From: the human T2T-CHM13v2.0 reference genome, Homo sapiens
NCBI RefSeq assembly: GCF_009914755.1
Contig: NC_060926.1
DNA: 64,000 bases
Direction: 5' to 3' (one strand)
Shown here: positions 32,167 through 48,658 of the stretch, one piece after another
Layout: each line of letters starts with the position of its first letter
Position numbering within the stretch: the stretch's first letter is position 1
Made by a program: the position numbers and the translations under genes
Notes under the pieces: generated by a model
What the model was told of the DNA's origin: nothing
Database searches by the model: none
What the model saw: the letters and a program-made list of their open reading frames with translations, nothing else

Positions 32167-32435
32167 TTTTTTTTTTTTTTTTTTTGTGACAGAGTTTCGC
32201 TCTGTCTCCCAGGCCTGGAGTACAGTGGCACAATCTTGCTCACTGCAACCTCCTCCTCCTGGGTTCAAGTGAGTCTCCTGCCCCAGCCTCCCAAGTAGCT
32301 GGGATTACAGGCACCTACCACTTTGCCTGGCTAATTTTTGTATTTTTAGTAGAGACGGGTTTTGCCATTTTGGCCAGGCAGGTCTCGAACTCCTGACCTC
32401 AAGTGATTTGCCTGCCTTGGCCTCCCAAAGTGCTT
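32167..32435 (-). mobile_element. AluS, 5'-truncated
   Basis: Reverse Alu ending near cccaaagtgct. Confidence 0.9.
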
Positions 32436-33795
32436 GGACCAGTAAATATTTTAATGAATATCATATTTCATCCTTCAAATTTTTTTTTGTTTCATGTAGT
32501 TTGATTAAAATGACTTCTTTGTTTAGTTAAAACAAAACTTGATGTGGTATGATTTGGGTATAATTTTCCCTTTGTACTTCTATTCAAATTGGCAGCAAGT
32601 TAGAGCCAGGTTGTGCTTGCTTTTGAAGTACTCTGCTTAGGGATATTGAGTCCATTGTTTTCTATTTTCTTTCTTTGGTTAACGATACTTTTGACTTGGT
32701 GTGTATTAAGTATCTTATAAAATAACTTTAGTGTTTATGAAGTGATCTCATGTCTATTGTTTATTTTGGTCTCTTAACATAAATAACTACAGTAAAAAAG
32801 AGGAAATGTAAATGCAGTTGGAACACGGAGAGATTGAAAGACTCTAACAGAAAAAAGTTGGGGTGGGAATTATGTGGAGGAGTTGTCGTTAAATTAGGTC
32901 TTAAATATTAGGGTTTGACTGAATGATGAGAGGGAAGGTAGACAATCCAGTTGTTAGAATATCAAAAGCAAGCATATAGAGAAATGTATTTGAACAGGAT
33001 TAGTATAGTTTGGACTGACTTCTAATACAGAAGCATTAGCTTGAGGATGTAGATACTGAATCAGTTATTGATTTTTGTTTGTTTGTTTGTTTTTGGTCTT
33101 TTGTACTTAAAAAGCAATCTAGGCAGGATGTCAGGCTAGTGTAGCAGTGAATAGTGTGAATTCTGGAGCCAGTACTTCCAGTTTGGAGCACACCGTTTAA
33201 TCCTTCTCTATGTGTGTTTCTGCATATAAAATAGACACTAATAATGGCAACTACTTGATAGGGTTGTTATGAATAAGATTAAAAGAGTTAATACTAGTAA
33301 AGTATTTACAACAATACCTGTTACCAATAAGCATTCAATGAGTTTTTTAAATTTATGAAAGTACTAGCTCTTTCATTTTATGTGTGTGTGTGTATTTGTA
33401 ATGTATACATACATGTGTGAGTATATATGGAATATAATGTGAGTGTATGTGGAATAAATACCGAAAGGAAATGTAGATCTCACATGTATGTATCTATAGG
33501 AAAGGTAGTAATATTTGAATTTCAGTTTTGATTAGAATTTAGATTATTATAATAAAGTCTAACATCTCATTTTACAGATGGAAAAATTATGTACTAGCAG
33601 AACTAGAACCAAGATTTGCCAGACAACAAATATTTGAGCAGTAAACAAAACAGACAACTAGCTCTGCCCTTATGAAGCTTTCAGTTAGTCAGGAAAGATA
33701 TGTATTAAACCATCTCAGGTGTGACAAATGTTATCAAAAGGTTCGAGTACTATGGGAGAGTAGAACTGGGGCCCCTCCATAGTCTGGGATTTTAG

Positions 33796-34122
<327 letters not shown>

Positions 34123-34568
34123 TTCTTCTCCCAAGATCTCCAAGCTGTGGTGTGAATAATAAATAGCAGTTAGCCAGGGTTAGGTGGAATGAAGAGTGTT
34201 CCAGGCAGAGGGACTAGGATTTGTATAGGCTTTGAGAGAGGAGAAAGCATGGTCTATTCAGATATCCGAAATGGAGAGAACAAGGGAAAGAGTGGCAAAA
34301 AATGTGACCTGAAAGGTTAGAGCATGGCTAAAATACGCAGGGTCTTGTATACAAGGTTAAGGATTTTGACCTAAGGGTCCCCTTGATGGATTAAGCAGGT
34401 AAGGGACATTGCTAGATTTACATTCTGCAGTATTACATTAGTGTATTACAGAGAACAAATTAAGAGAGAGTCTGGCATAAGTTTAGGGAGATTAATTTAG
34501 GAAGATACTGTAGGAGCTACTGTGTGTGGTTGTGCAGAACACACCATAGGGGTTTCCATTCATGTATA

Positions 34569-34931
34569 CTGGTTGAGCATCACTAATGCAAAAATCCAAA
34601 ATCTGAAATGCTTCAAAATCTGAAGTTTTCTGAGTGCCAACATGCCACAAGTGGAAGATTCCACACCTGACCTAATGTGATGGTTTGTAGTCAAAATGCA
34701 GGTGCACAACACATAGTTTATTCAGCATCTCCAAGGGAAAAATAAAATTACCTTCAGGCTATTTGTATAAGATATATATGAAACATAAATGAATATTATG
34801 TTTAGACTTGGGTCCCATCCCTAAAGTATCTCATCATGTATATACAAGTAAATATTCCAAAGTCCCAAAAAATCCCCAATCCAAAGCATTCTGGTCTCAA
34901 GAATTTTGGATAAGGAGTGAGTATTCAACCT
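34569..34931 (+). mobile_element. Tigger4b/MER46-type Tc1-mariner element
   Basis: ggttgagcatc...aatccaaaatctgaaatgcttcaaaatctg start and ggataagg...ttcaacct end (terminal inverted repeats). Confidence 0.75.
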
Positions 34932-35406
34932 ATACTACCTTTGGAGTGGTCTGGATGAAAGATAATGTTGACCTAGGCTATAGTTGTGACAGTGAAAATG
35001 GAGAAATGTGGACAGATTTCAGAGGTATTTCAGATTTAATGACTCCAAAATTTATCTCCAGACCAGACCTCTTTCCTGAACTTTACGTCACGTATATCCC
35101 AAATGCCTGTCCTACTTGGATATCTCACAAATGTCTCAAATTCAACAGGTTTTTAAAACAAAACAAAACAAAACACTGCAAACATTAATCTGTCTCCAAA
35201 AAGAAAAAAAACAGTCATTTTCTCTTCCAGTATTTATAGTAGCAAATAGAACTAACATCCACTCACTTGCTAACCATGTCTACTAGTAGTGACCACTAGA
35301 CTACTTAGCTATATGTAGCTGCAGTTGATATGGCTTATTAGAATTTAGGTTGTATTCCATATAAGTTTATTTAGAAACATTTATTTTAGAAAGTATTACT
35401 TTCTAA

Positions 35407-35763
<357 letters not shown>

Positions 35764-36234
35764 TAAATATATTTTTAAGTCAGAGTACGTATGAGGTTAA
35801 TGTAGCCCTATTTAAAATCAACTTAATTCTGTTAATTGTATTTTTGTTTTGTTTTTAGAATTACATATAAAATCAATATATTAAACCAATCAGTAGAGAG
35901 TCCTAAGTTTTACTCTTGCTTTCCAAATTTGACATTGGGGCTATTAGTAAGGTATCATTGTCTGCATTTATTAGATTTATTTCTGATCATGAATATACTT
36001 TTAAAAGATGCTTCTTTTCAGTGGAGCAATTTATTTGGCTATAGGTGATATACTGCATGACTATGACTTATATTCAAGGCATTGAAATATTATTATACAT
36101 AAACAAATTTTGATGACAAGACCACGTGTTTATATTCAAATGCCAACCAGATTTGTCCTTTAGGACTTTCGCTCTGTTGACTTTTTAAGTTTCTATAACT
36201 TTGTTCCTTTCAGTGTTGTTTTTCAAGTGCAATG

Positions 36235-36582
36235 TAGTCATCCCTTGATATCATGGGGGATTGATTCTGGGACCTCCTGAAGATACCAAAATCCACAGAT
36301 GCTCAAGTTTCTTGTATTACATGGTGTAGTATTTGCATATAACCTACCCACTTCCTTCCATATACTGTACTTTAAGTCTCTAGATTACTTATAATACCTA
36401 ATACAATGTAAATGCTATATAAATAGTTGTTAAACTGTATTGTTTAGGGAATAACGACAAGAAAAAAAGTCTATATCTGTTCGTTACAGACACAACCAAC
36501 CTTTTTTTCCCCCCAAATATTTCTGATGTGCAGTTGGTTGAAGCCATGGATAACAGAACCCACAGATGCAGAGGGCTGACTG
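36235..36582 (+). mobile_element. MER2 (TcMar-Tigger) DNA transposon; its 3' end is exonised
   Basis: Colinear with the recalled MER2 consensus (gatacc-aaaatccac-gatgctcaag; tctagattacttataatacctaatacaatgtaaatgctat); degenerate TIRs; TA at the 3' junction. Confidence 0.88.
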
Positions 36583-36675
36583 TACAAGTCTGTCAAAAAA
36601 CCAAACTGCTGGTTGGCTAATAATTGGTCACTGTATGACTTATAGTACAGGTGATATTACTTCTGATTCTAGATG
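36534..36675 (+). other. FOXN2: FOXN2 5'UTR exon 2 (142 nt)
   Basis: Pyrimidine tract and gtgcag| acceptor (AG 36532-36533); strong donor ATG|GTAAGT (GT 36676-36677). Size and spacing agree with my recollection of the FOXN2 RefSeq UTR structure, which I could not verify here. Confidence 0.75.
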
Positions 36676-39505
36676 GTAAGTATATTTTTCTCCTTTAATT
36701 ATTATTTTTGCTCTTTGATTTCTGTGCTGTCAGTTTTTTTTTCTGCTTTTAACAGTTTTGTTTAGATGTGGCATTGATAGCAATCCTTAAGTTTAAGTAG
36801 ATGGGTTTTCTAAGTCAGATTTACTCTAAGAGCTGTAGTGGTTCTTTTCTATTGTATTTAGTAACATGTAGGGTATGTAAGTGTTATGTTTGAGATAATA
36901 GAACTTTATAAATTATTTAGTCACCAGTTTTTTTTTAACCTTTGTTCAAAATAGCCATTTTTCTTAAAACAGTTTTTACTCAATTTAGATCTTTTGTGGT
37001 ACTGCTTTTTGAAATCCGTGTTTCTGTGAAACGGAGGAGGATTGTGTACTAGAGACTCATCTTGATGTATTTGGTCTTTATGCAGAAAATATCAGGTTTG
37101 TAAGTTATTGCTTCATTTTAACTTCCCCAAGAAAGAGACGAATGACTACACTTTTATTTTTGAGACAAATGCTGCAACATTGTGTAGAGGAAGTCTATAC
37201 ACTGTGTACAATTGACAGAAAATTATTAATATTTAAATAGAAGTAGCATCTAAACACATGGTTTACAAATTGAATCTGTGCAAGTTAGTATAGGAGAAAA
37301 GTAAATTCAGTGGAAAGTTGCCACACATATTTTTTTTCTTTTTTTCAGTTTTAATGGTATCTGCTTTTAGTATGAGTTGGAGAAGGTTTTCCCCCCACTC
37401 ACTTTTATTTCATTTTTTACTCTCATTTGAGAAGCAATTTCTCCATGAGACAGATCTTTGACCCTTTTGTATTCTGCACTCCCATCCCCCTTGACTAGAA
37501 AATGCAGCTGCACACATTTTTTGTTTAGAGACAATGGATCACATGCTGTGTCACCTAAATCTGTGACCAAGAGGCAGTTTTATCCCTAAGAGACCATAAT
37601 GCTTCAGTTCTCCTGGATACATGACATCATGTAGCATTATAATCAAATATACATCTTTTTGCAGTACATTTGGGATTTGATTTTACCCTCTAATCTCAGT
37701 ATTGGATTTTATGGGGATAGACATTATTTATAATGGAGAATCTTAATCAAAACAAAAAATGTATTGTTAAATCAATAGGAAAGGTTGTGAGTTCCTTCCT
37801 TTTATATGCCTTTTTTTTTCTTACATGAGGTTTACCAGTGTTTTTAGATATTCTGAGATTATAGAATATCTTTAAAGCTGTAGTGGCTGTTAGGTTTATT
37901 ACACAGTGCATTGCAAATAATGTGTGTTCAGTAAATGCTAGACTTTATTTTTGCTACTGACTAGACAAATTAACAGGAAGAAAATGGTTTTCCTTTTTTG
38001 AGTGAGAACCAACCTTAATTACCAAGAAAAAAAAATAAATAAATAAAAAATTGTTTTCCTTTTTAAAAATGAGGTAGTCTTCAGATTTAGAAAATATTAG
38101 TATCTATAAACTGCTAAAATATATTATGTCATTTATTATAATAAGCTGATAATACTTTTGAATAAATCTGGAAAATACAATGCTGTGGCTTCCAGTCTTG
38201 AGAAATGGTACCTTATTATAATTAATAAATATGATTCATTCCTAAGAATATTGGAGGTGAGGAAAGGAGAGGAAAATTGAATGGAAATTTCTTTTATTAT
38301 GTATTAAATCTTAGTGGCAAAGCTTATAAAATTGCAGTGAATAATTGAACTAATTGCTATGCAGCTTCCATAAAATTCACAAACATTTGGATTTCTGGGC
38401 TTTGCCATAGCTCTGTAGCAGACATTTCTTTTTCTATGAAAAACATTGTTTAGTGATCTGAATTCAGTGAATGACTACCTCTTTCTCTTTACTAGGGTTA
38501 TCTTAGCCTCAGTCAATTTGTTTTTTTAATATTGGTTACTTGAGAGTGATTGGATAAGAAAGCCACAAATCTGAGATGATGCCTACTTTCTGGTTGCTCT
38601 TTTGACATTTGTGAAATTGCTTGATTTGCTGATGACATGCAGTTCTTGGTGGGTGGTAAAATAGCAAGTCAATAACATAAAGTTTCCAAATATCTTAAGA
38701 CCACCTAAAAAGAATTAGAGATAGTAAACTTAAATTAAGTGTAACCCAAAAATCCTATTCTTACATGCTTCAGGATTCACATGTTTAAGTATTTAATGAG
38801 ACTGATTTTAAGTAGGAAGCTGGAGTAGTAGGGTCAAAATGGTGAGAAACAATTTTATCTGTAGGCTAGATGCTGCCATATAGTTTGAGGTTAATTATTC
38901 CTTGCTTAAAGCATGGAACCGGCTACAGTCTTCCTCAGGCCCCTTGGTACAGTTATTCAAGTGTTGGTTTCAACTTCTTTCCAGTTCTAGTAGAAATAAC
39001 AGATGGCATGGTTCTTTTTCACTCCATGTAGTAAAGCTTATTAGAAACAGCACAATTGATGTTCTTCATTACCCAAAGAGGTAATAAGGAAAGATATTCA
39101 GTGACTGGCTCAAGGGTACAAGGAAAAAATTAATTTGCCTAAGTTTGCTTTGGGCTATCAAGAATTGACTATTGTATTTTGTTTTGATCTGAGTCTTTTC
39201 TCAGTGCTATATTTTATTTCCCAGTAAGAATTCTTAGACAATATAATGGATGAAATATAAATTTTAAAAAAGTAAACAATTATTTAGAAACAACATAGAT
39301 TTAGGACTCTAAGAACTATAGTATAGGTAAGATAGAAACAATTAAAATTGAAAATGTAGCATGAAGAGATTCAATAATAAAACTTTAAAAGCACTTTTTA
39401 AAGGTATTGAACTCATAATTAATCGAACCAAGTTAATTGCAGCTATTCCTTATTTGCTGTGGACCTATGTAAGTTATTAAAGAATACACTAAAAATCATT
39501 TATGT

Positions 39506-39858
<353 letters not shown>

Positions 39859-41654
39859 TCATTAAATATATATTCATATACCCATATTTTTAATGTACTG
39901 TAGCTGCTAGGCTGAAATTAACCGTGTTATTTATATATTTTTCTCAGATCTACCGCATTTGTTAAAAGTATTATCTCAAAAATGGATGGAAAAATTATTA
40001 TTTTGAGTATTTTAACTTAAGAATTCTGAAACAGAATAGTACATTCTAAATTAGTTGGACACAATGAATGTAACTAGGAGATATTTATATTCCTGTCCTG
40101 TTTTCATGATGCCATTACATTTGTTGCTGTGTCTTTTCTTTTTGTTTTTGAGAATGGCATTAATAGTGAAAACTCATGATTATTTCAGAGGTAGTATAGT
40201 TATTTTTATTGTTTATAAATTCTTTTTTTGTGTGTGAGAATGTTGGCATCAGACAAAGCTGTTAATAATTTAGACCTTTCTTGGCCATTAATAACAAAAT
40301 ATTAAAAGTTTATAATAAAGTACTTTTGGATTAAACTACAAGGATTAGAAGAAGGGTTCTATCATGTTGCATGATTGGCAAAATATCTGCAGAGTGCATG
40401 GGGACAAATATAATAAGGAAGTGAAAGTCGAATCGTAAAGAAAATGATGAAAGACGTATTGTGGCACTCTTCCAAGAAGTCCTGATCTCATTTGGCCACC
40501 TCGTCAGTGGATGTCATTGGTCGTGAGGGAGATCTATCCTTAACACTAGACAAATATGTTTTTAATTTCAAAACTTCAAAATATAAAGCATTGTTACTGA
40601 TTTTGTACCCTGATTTTTATATTTGGAGGTTATAATATTTATACATCTACTTTAGGAAGAAAGCTAATAATTTTAAAATTTATAGTAGTAATAATCATCA
40701 TTACCATCTCTGCAGCGAGTATTCATTGTATACTTACTCTGTACCTCTGTTCTAAGTGCTTTATTTTTGTTGTTTAATTTGTACTAAGAATCCTATGAAA
40801 GTAGGTAGTATTATAATTCTAAGTTGATAGGTCTCATAGCTTAGTGAAAAGCAGGGCTGGGATTTGAAGCCAAGCAATATTTCTTCACAGCTCATGCTGG
40901 TAATCCTTTGGTTCACTGTCTCCAGATGTGATTAATATCAAGGTAAATGATTTAGATTTTCCTTTTTCAATTTTTAAATTAATGAAGTTCCTTATCCTTC
41001 ATAATTTCAACTTCAAATATATTGCCTCCTCAAGTTTCTGCCCAATATCTCCTAGTGTTATGTATGTTAATCCTTTCTAAAGGAAGAAGGCTTTCATTTT
41101 ATAATTATATAATATTTACGATAGACTCTAAGCATGACAACAGAGCCATGCATGTAGTAGAAGCAAGAAGTTTCTGATTTGAAGCCTCTTAGAAAAGAAC
41201 CAGCAGAGGTTCTTCTGAATAGTATATCTCTTATACATCTCTTTCTCTACCTTTTATCTACATTACTAGATGCAGAGATACTATAATCATAGTCCAATAT
41301 AGCTAATACTTTAGCTTTAGCATTTAAAATTCCTATATACATTTTATATAGATTTAAATTTCTATATTTAAAATTCCTATATACATTTAGGTACTTCTGA
41401 CATTATAGTAATTCATAATACATTTCCTTATCAGGAGGTTACTCACTCTGTATCCTCACCTGTTAAACCACAGATAGACAAAAAAGAGACTTACAAGTAT
41501 TTGTTGGGGGGAATCACGAAGTTTATGCATTAAATTCATGTCCCTTAAGGTAAGCTCTTTACCCTTATTAAGATTTTATTCAGATCTGTGATATTATATG
41601 AAATTCTAATGAAATTTACCTGGCTTTCCATTCTGTAACAGATAATAAATCTAA

Positions 41655-41963
41655 AAGTCCATTTCCATGATTTAGAAATCCAAAATGCTCCAGAAGCCAA
41701 AAGTTTTCTTAACCCTATAGTGGCAAAACATGATCTGAGTGGATGTAAGGGTATTGGTGGTCTTTATTTACAGCCCCTCTTTACTGTAAATATACATTTT
41801 GCCACAGAAATATTAACATAGTTATTTTGGGGTGTTGCCTCAGACTTCACTAGGATGTGAGGTGTGTGTGTGTGTGTGTATGTCACCTTTCTGAAATCCA
41901 AAATATTCTGAATTTTGAAATATATTTGGCCCTAAGGTTTTTAGATAAGGGATTGCAGACCTG
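41655..41963 (+). mobile_element. MER46C-like Tigger element
   Basis: gaaatccaaaatgctcc... and ...tttggccctaaggtttttagataagggattgcagacctg. Confidence 0.6.
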
Positions 41964-43718
41964 AATAATCAGGTACATTGACTACATACAGTACCATTGA
42001 GGACTAAGATATGGAAGTAAGGTTTTTTTGGTAACTTAAATATAGCAATTTGAGACCTTTCAGTATGGAGCAGTGCCCCTCTCAAATAATATGGATCTCT
42101 TTTAAAGAAAAAAAAATCTCGTTTTGAGAATCTCCAACTATAGTTCTTAAGGCAGTTTTCTTTAAAAATATCTCTCACTTTTCTCTTTGAAAATGGTAAA
42201 ATACATTTTTTATTATTGAAATGAAAGCACAAAATGAAAATTTGCAACACTTGTGTGGCCTGTAGAATGTATCCATTAATCTTTTACCTCCAGGGATACT
42301 TCCAATTGAGATTCATTGTCATAATGACAACTCTTGTTAGAAGTATGTCAGACTTCTCAAGTGTGCTGAGGGAGAAAGGAAAACATAAGAAATTATGTGC
42401 TAAAATAAAGGATAATGTACTTTAGTGACGTTGTCATCAGAAACTAATGTAAACATCTGTTTCCAGCAGCATGGTGAACCACGTACCTGGATCAAGGTAC
42501 CAAGTACCTTCAGCTTTCTGCTGAAAACAACCTAAAATGCTGGATAAAATAAAATCTTAAATGCATCAGTGCTCTGGCGCAAAGGGGAGAGTACTTAGGC
42601 CAGGCTGAATTCTGAATCTGGCTATTGCTTTGAGGATATTTGCCAAATCAGGTGAGCTTCTCTGTTCATGGCTTTGTGGGGCTCAGGGATCAGGAAGCAA
42701 AGCCTAGACCCAGTCAAGATGGAGCATTTAGCAGGAAATAGTCTTCCTCATTAATTTGGAGCCCCATTGTACTGTACCTTTATAAGAGTGATATAGAAAT
42801 TATTTCCCTTTATGCCCCCAGGGTTTCTACAGAGAAATTTTCTTCTAGAATATTACTGCAAATCGAAAAAATGTCACTGAAAATGTGCTACCACAAACCA
42901 GCTCTCACACTAGTTTGCAGCATAAATTCACACTAAACCTTAAGAATTTAAAATGATCCTGGGCTGTTACTACTCCCAAGGGCCTGATAAAACCTAACAT
43001 ATAATCATCATTATCAAAGAATTCCCATTGGTAAAGTTCTAATGAAAATAAGTGGCTTATAATAAAAATTACAGGCCATCCAAGGAAAAAGGCACAATAT
43101 AAGAGAATCATTTGAGTCAGATGTGCAAATAGTTCACGTTTTGGAATTATCAGATGTAAAATAGAAAACAAATACGTTTAATATGTTCAGTAACAGGCTT
43201 AAAAATGAAGAAAAGAGCAAACATGTTGAAAAGGAACCAGAAGTTTTAGAAATGAAAATAGTAATTGAAATTAAAATTCAGTGGATAGGTATAAAAGCAA
43301 ATATGCTGTTGAAAAGTTAGCATAATGAAAGGTAAATCTTAAGAAATTTAGACCACAAGATAGACAAGAAATTGGAAAATATAAAAGAGGTTAATAAAGG
43401 GAACATTTTTAAGAGAAAAGACAGATTACCTCCAAAGGAATATTCAGGTTTCGATAACAGTAATGGAAATAGTAGTGGACTATGAAATGATATGCAAGAC
43501 AAAATAACAGCGTAGAATTCTATAGCAAAAACATGTTCATACAAATAAAATGTGAAAGTTCAGTGACAGACTATTTTTTAAGCAGAAGTAAATGATCAGA
43601 AGTAGAAAATCTGAGATTTAAGAAGAAATGATCAAAGACGGTGACAATTATATAGGTGAATAAAAGTGGACTCCATAAATAATAATAGCATCTTATGAAG
43701 TTAAGAAAAAGCTATATT

Positions 43719-44075
<357 letters not shown>

Positions 44076-44090
44076 TTAAAGGACTTTTTA

Positions 44091-44440
<350 letters not shown>

Positions 44441-45265
44441 TATTTATTTACGAGCAGACTAAAGATAACTGGATTTTTAGAAGTATATATCAAAATTTAT
44501 AAGGTGACATTTCAGTGATAGAAATATGTATATAATTTCCACACTAGTAGAGGATTAAAAAAAATGGAATGAGAAAAAAGAATCATTCCAAAGAAGGCAA
44601 AAAAAGAAAGAGAAAAATTAACATGGAAAGAGCAGGATACCAAAAAGGATGGTAGAAGTAAATCCAAATACATGTATGCCTTTAAAAACAATATTCATGT
44701 ATATGGGGTTTAGGATAGAGACTACAAGGAAACAAAGGAAAATGTTGAAAGTAAAATGATGGAAAAACATACACCTGGCAATTTTTTTTTTAATTTTAGT
44801 GTGTACATAGTAGGTGTATATATTTATGGGGTACGTGAGATGTTTTGATACAGGTATGCAATGTGAAATAAGCACATCCTGGAAAATGGGGTATCCATCA
44901 TTTCAAGCATTTATCCTTTGAGTTACAGATAATCTAATTACATTCTTTAAGTTATTTAAAAATATACAAATAAGTTATTATTGACTATAGTCACCCTATT
45001 GTGCTATCAAATAGTAGGTCTTATTCACTTTTTTTTTTTTTTGTACTCATTAACCACCCCCACCTCCCTCCCACTAATCCTCCACTACCTTTCCCAGCCT
45101 CTAGTAACTATCCTTCTACTCTTAGACGTTCATGATTTCAATTCATTTGATTTTTAGATTCTATGAATAAGTGAGAACATGCGACGTTTGTCTTTCTGTG
45201 TCTGGCTTATTTCACTTAACATGATCTCCAGTTCCATCCATGTTGTTGCATATGATTGGATCTCT

Positions 45266-45627
<362 letters not shown>

Positions 45628-46371
45628 TGATGGACACTTAGGCTGCTGCCTGACTAATATTAATGGAAAGAAAGCTAGTATATAATTTCAAATAGACTTA
45701 AAGACAAAAAGAATTGATACATAATGGGAAATGGCTAATTTGGCAGGAATATATATGTTTTAAAGTTACATGCAATTAATAACCATAGCCACAAAATAAA
45801 GCAAAAAATTAACAGATGTACAAGGAAAAAATTGAAAAGTTTTTCCAGTATAGCAGGAGATTGTAATATATCTGCCTTAGTATTTGATATAGAAAGCAGA
45901 CCCCAAAAAAAGATTAGTAGGAATACAGAAAATTTAAACAGTGCGATTAACAAGCTTCATCCAATGGACATATATTTCATCCATGCACCATAGAAACATC
46001 AAATGAATCATTATGAAAATTAATCATGTACTGGGCCATGAAACAAGTTTCAACAAATTTCAGAGAATTGATACCCTATACACTGTTATAATACCAACTC
46101 AGTTAAGTTAGAAATAGGTAACACAAAAAAACTTCCTTTATCACATGGAAACTAAAAAAAGTTTTCTCGATATCTCATCGATCAGAGAAGAAATGCTGGA
46201 AGTTGGCCTGTTCTTTAGTAGGAGATGTTAAATCATACCTCAGGTTTGCTTGCAGCAAACAAAAAACTGAGAAATGGCCCAGATAAAAGGCCTTGCATTC
46301 TTAACAGGTGAGAGTGTGCAGGGATGCTAAGGACTGATGGTGGATAGGTTCTCCTAACAGGAAGGATGCCA

Positions 46372-46671
<300 letters not shown>

Positions 46672-47197
46672 TGAAATTTTTAATAAATGGTGCTGGAACA
46701 ATTTTATGTTTATATGTGAAAGATGAAATTGGATAAAAAATACATGTATACATTTTTGGTGAGTTGAAGATTTAAATGTAAAAGGCAAAAATTATAAAAC
46801 AAACTGTAGACCATAAAGAAAAGGGTTAATAAATTCTACCATATGAAAGTAAAGAAATTTCTTATTAAAAGCAACCAATAAAGAGATTGAAAAGACAAGT
46901 CATCTACTGGGGAAAGATATTTGCATCACATATAAGTTATTAGTATCCAAACATTACAAATCATTAAGAAAACCCATAAAAAAATGGGCACAAGGCTTCA
47001 ATAGATACTTTATGGAAGAATAAATCCAAATGGCATATGTATAGATATATATTCATAGCTATATGTTCATATATATCTATACATTCATATTCTATATATC
47101 CATATACAGATATATATGAATGAATAAAAAGGTCTTCTGCCCTGTTACTAGCCTGGGAAATGCAAATTAAAACTGCAAGGAGATGCAGTTTCAGAGT

Positions 47198-47571
47198 TGA
47201 TATGGTCTGGCTCTGAGTCCCCACCCAGATCTCATCTTTAATTGTAATCCGAATTGTAATCCCCAAGTGTTGAGAAGGGGCCTTGTGGGAGGTGATTAGA
47301 TCATGGGGGTGGTCCCTTCAAGCTGTTCTTGTGATAGTGAGTTCTCACAAGATCTGGTGGTTTTATAAGGGGCTTTTCCCCAGTTTGCTCAGCACTTCTC
47401 TCTCCTGCCACCATGTGAAGAAGGACATTTTTGCTTCCCCTTCTGCCATGATTGTAAGTTTCCTGAGGCCTCCCCAGCCATGCAAAACTATGAGCCAATT
47501 AAACCTCTTTCCATTATAAGTTACCCAGTCTCGGATATGTCCCTCTAGCAGTGTAGAAACGGACTAATACA
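47198..47571 (+). mobile_element. THE1-family (THE1C/D-like) MaLR solo LTR, sense to FOXN2
   Basis: tgatatggtctggctctg...cccacccagatctcatc start and ...ggactaataca end; TATA-like ttttataagg at 47361; donor GATT|GTAAGT at 47454. Confidence 0.88.
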
Positions 47572-48658
47572 GTAGTCATCAGATTGGCAAAAACAATTTT
47601 GGCAAGTACATGAAGCATTTGGTATATACACTCCTGGTTAGTGGTAACTGATTCAGCATTTTTTGGTAAGCAGTTTGTCATCAATTAAAGTTGAAGGCTA
47701 TTCTGTGACCAAATAATTCTACTTCTTGACATATGTTCAACTTTTAGATGTATACTCAAGAGAAATTTCTGACACTTGTATACCAGGTGATATGAACAAA
47801 GACTTCTATAACAGTAGTACTTGTAATAGCCCCAAACATAAACAATTAAATGTTCCTTAAAAGTATAAGAAATTATTGAATATTCATAAAATGGAATACT
47901 AGTCTCTGTAAAAATGAATTACTGCTACAATAATGTTAATGAATTCGATGGGGGAAAAAACAAGTCTCAGAATGTCTTCCATATAATTTAATTTTATGTG
48001 ATGTTTAAATGTGGAAGGCTAAGTAATGTTTAAGGATTCTAACATCTGGGAAAAGTATAAAGAAAAAACCTTTTGTTAACTCGGTCTTTAATCAGTTAAA
48101 AGTGTGGAAAAGTAAGTCAAAATTCTGATTGGTTAAATCAACATTTTGTGTTTAGTAGGTTTCTTAGTTATTTTGGGCAAAAATGGCTATCACTGTGACA
48201 CATCTAATTCTCTGTAATGCAGCATATTATGTTTTAGGTAATGCTGAAAATTCTGTGGCTTTGTTTCCCTTTTCTTATGTAGTCTCTGAAGCATTTCTCT
48301 CTTACCAATGTTAATACCAACCTAAGCAAAAATGCTCTCCTATGACCTTTTGGGAAATGATCAGAGAATTCCAATACATAATTTTATATTTCTTATCCTA
48401 GAGTAGGATATCACTATAACATTGAACGTAATATGCAGATGTGCAAATCTCTGTTAGACACCTTAGGAGATGCATGAGCTGCACAACTGTGAAAAAAAAA
48501 ATAGTACATTTAAATCCGAAGCCTTCTTCTCAAGATACCGCCATGGCAGGCACACAGTCAAGCTCTAGATGGGTTCCAGAGTGATTGTACTGGGTTGGTT
48601 TGAACTCTCCACTTTTATTTTTATTCATTTTTCTTATTTTATTTATTTATTTATTGAT

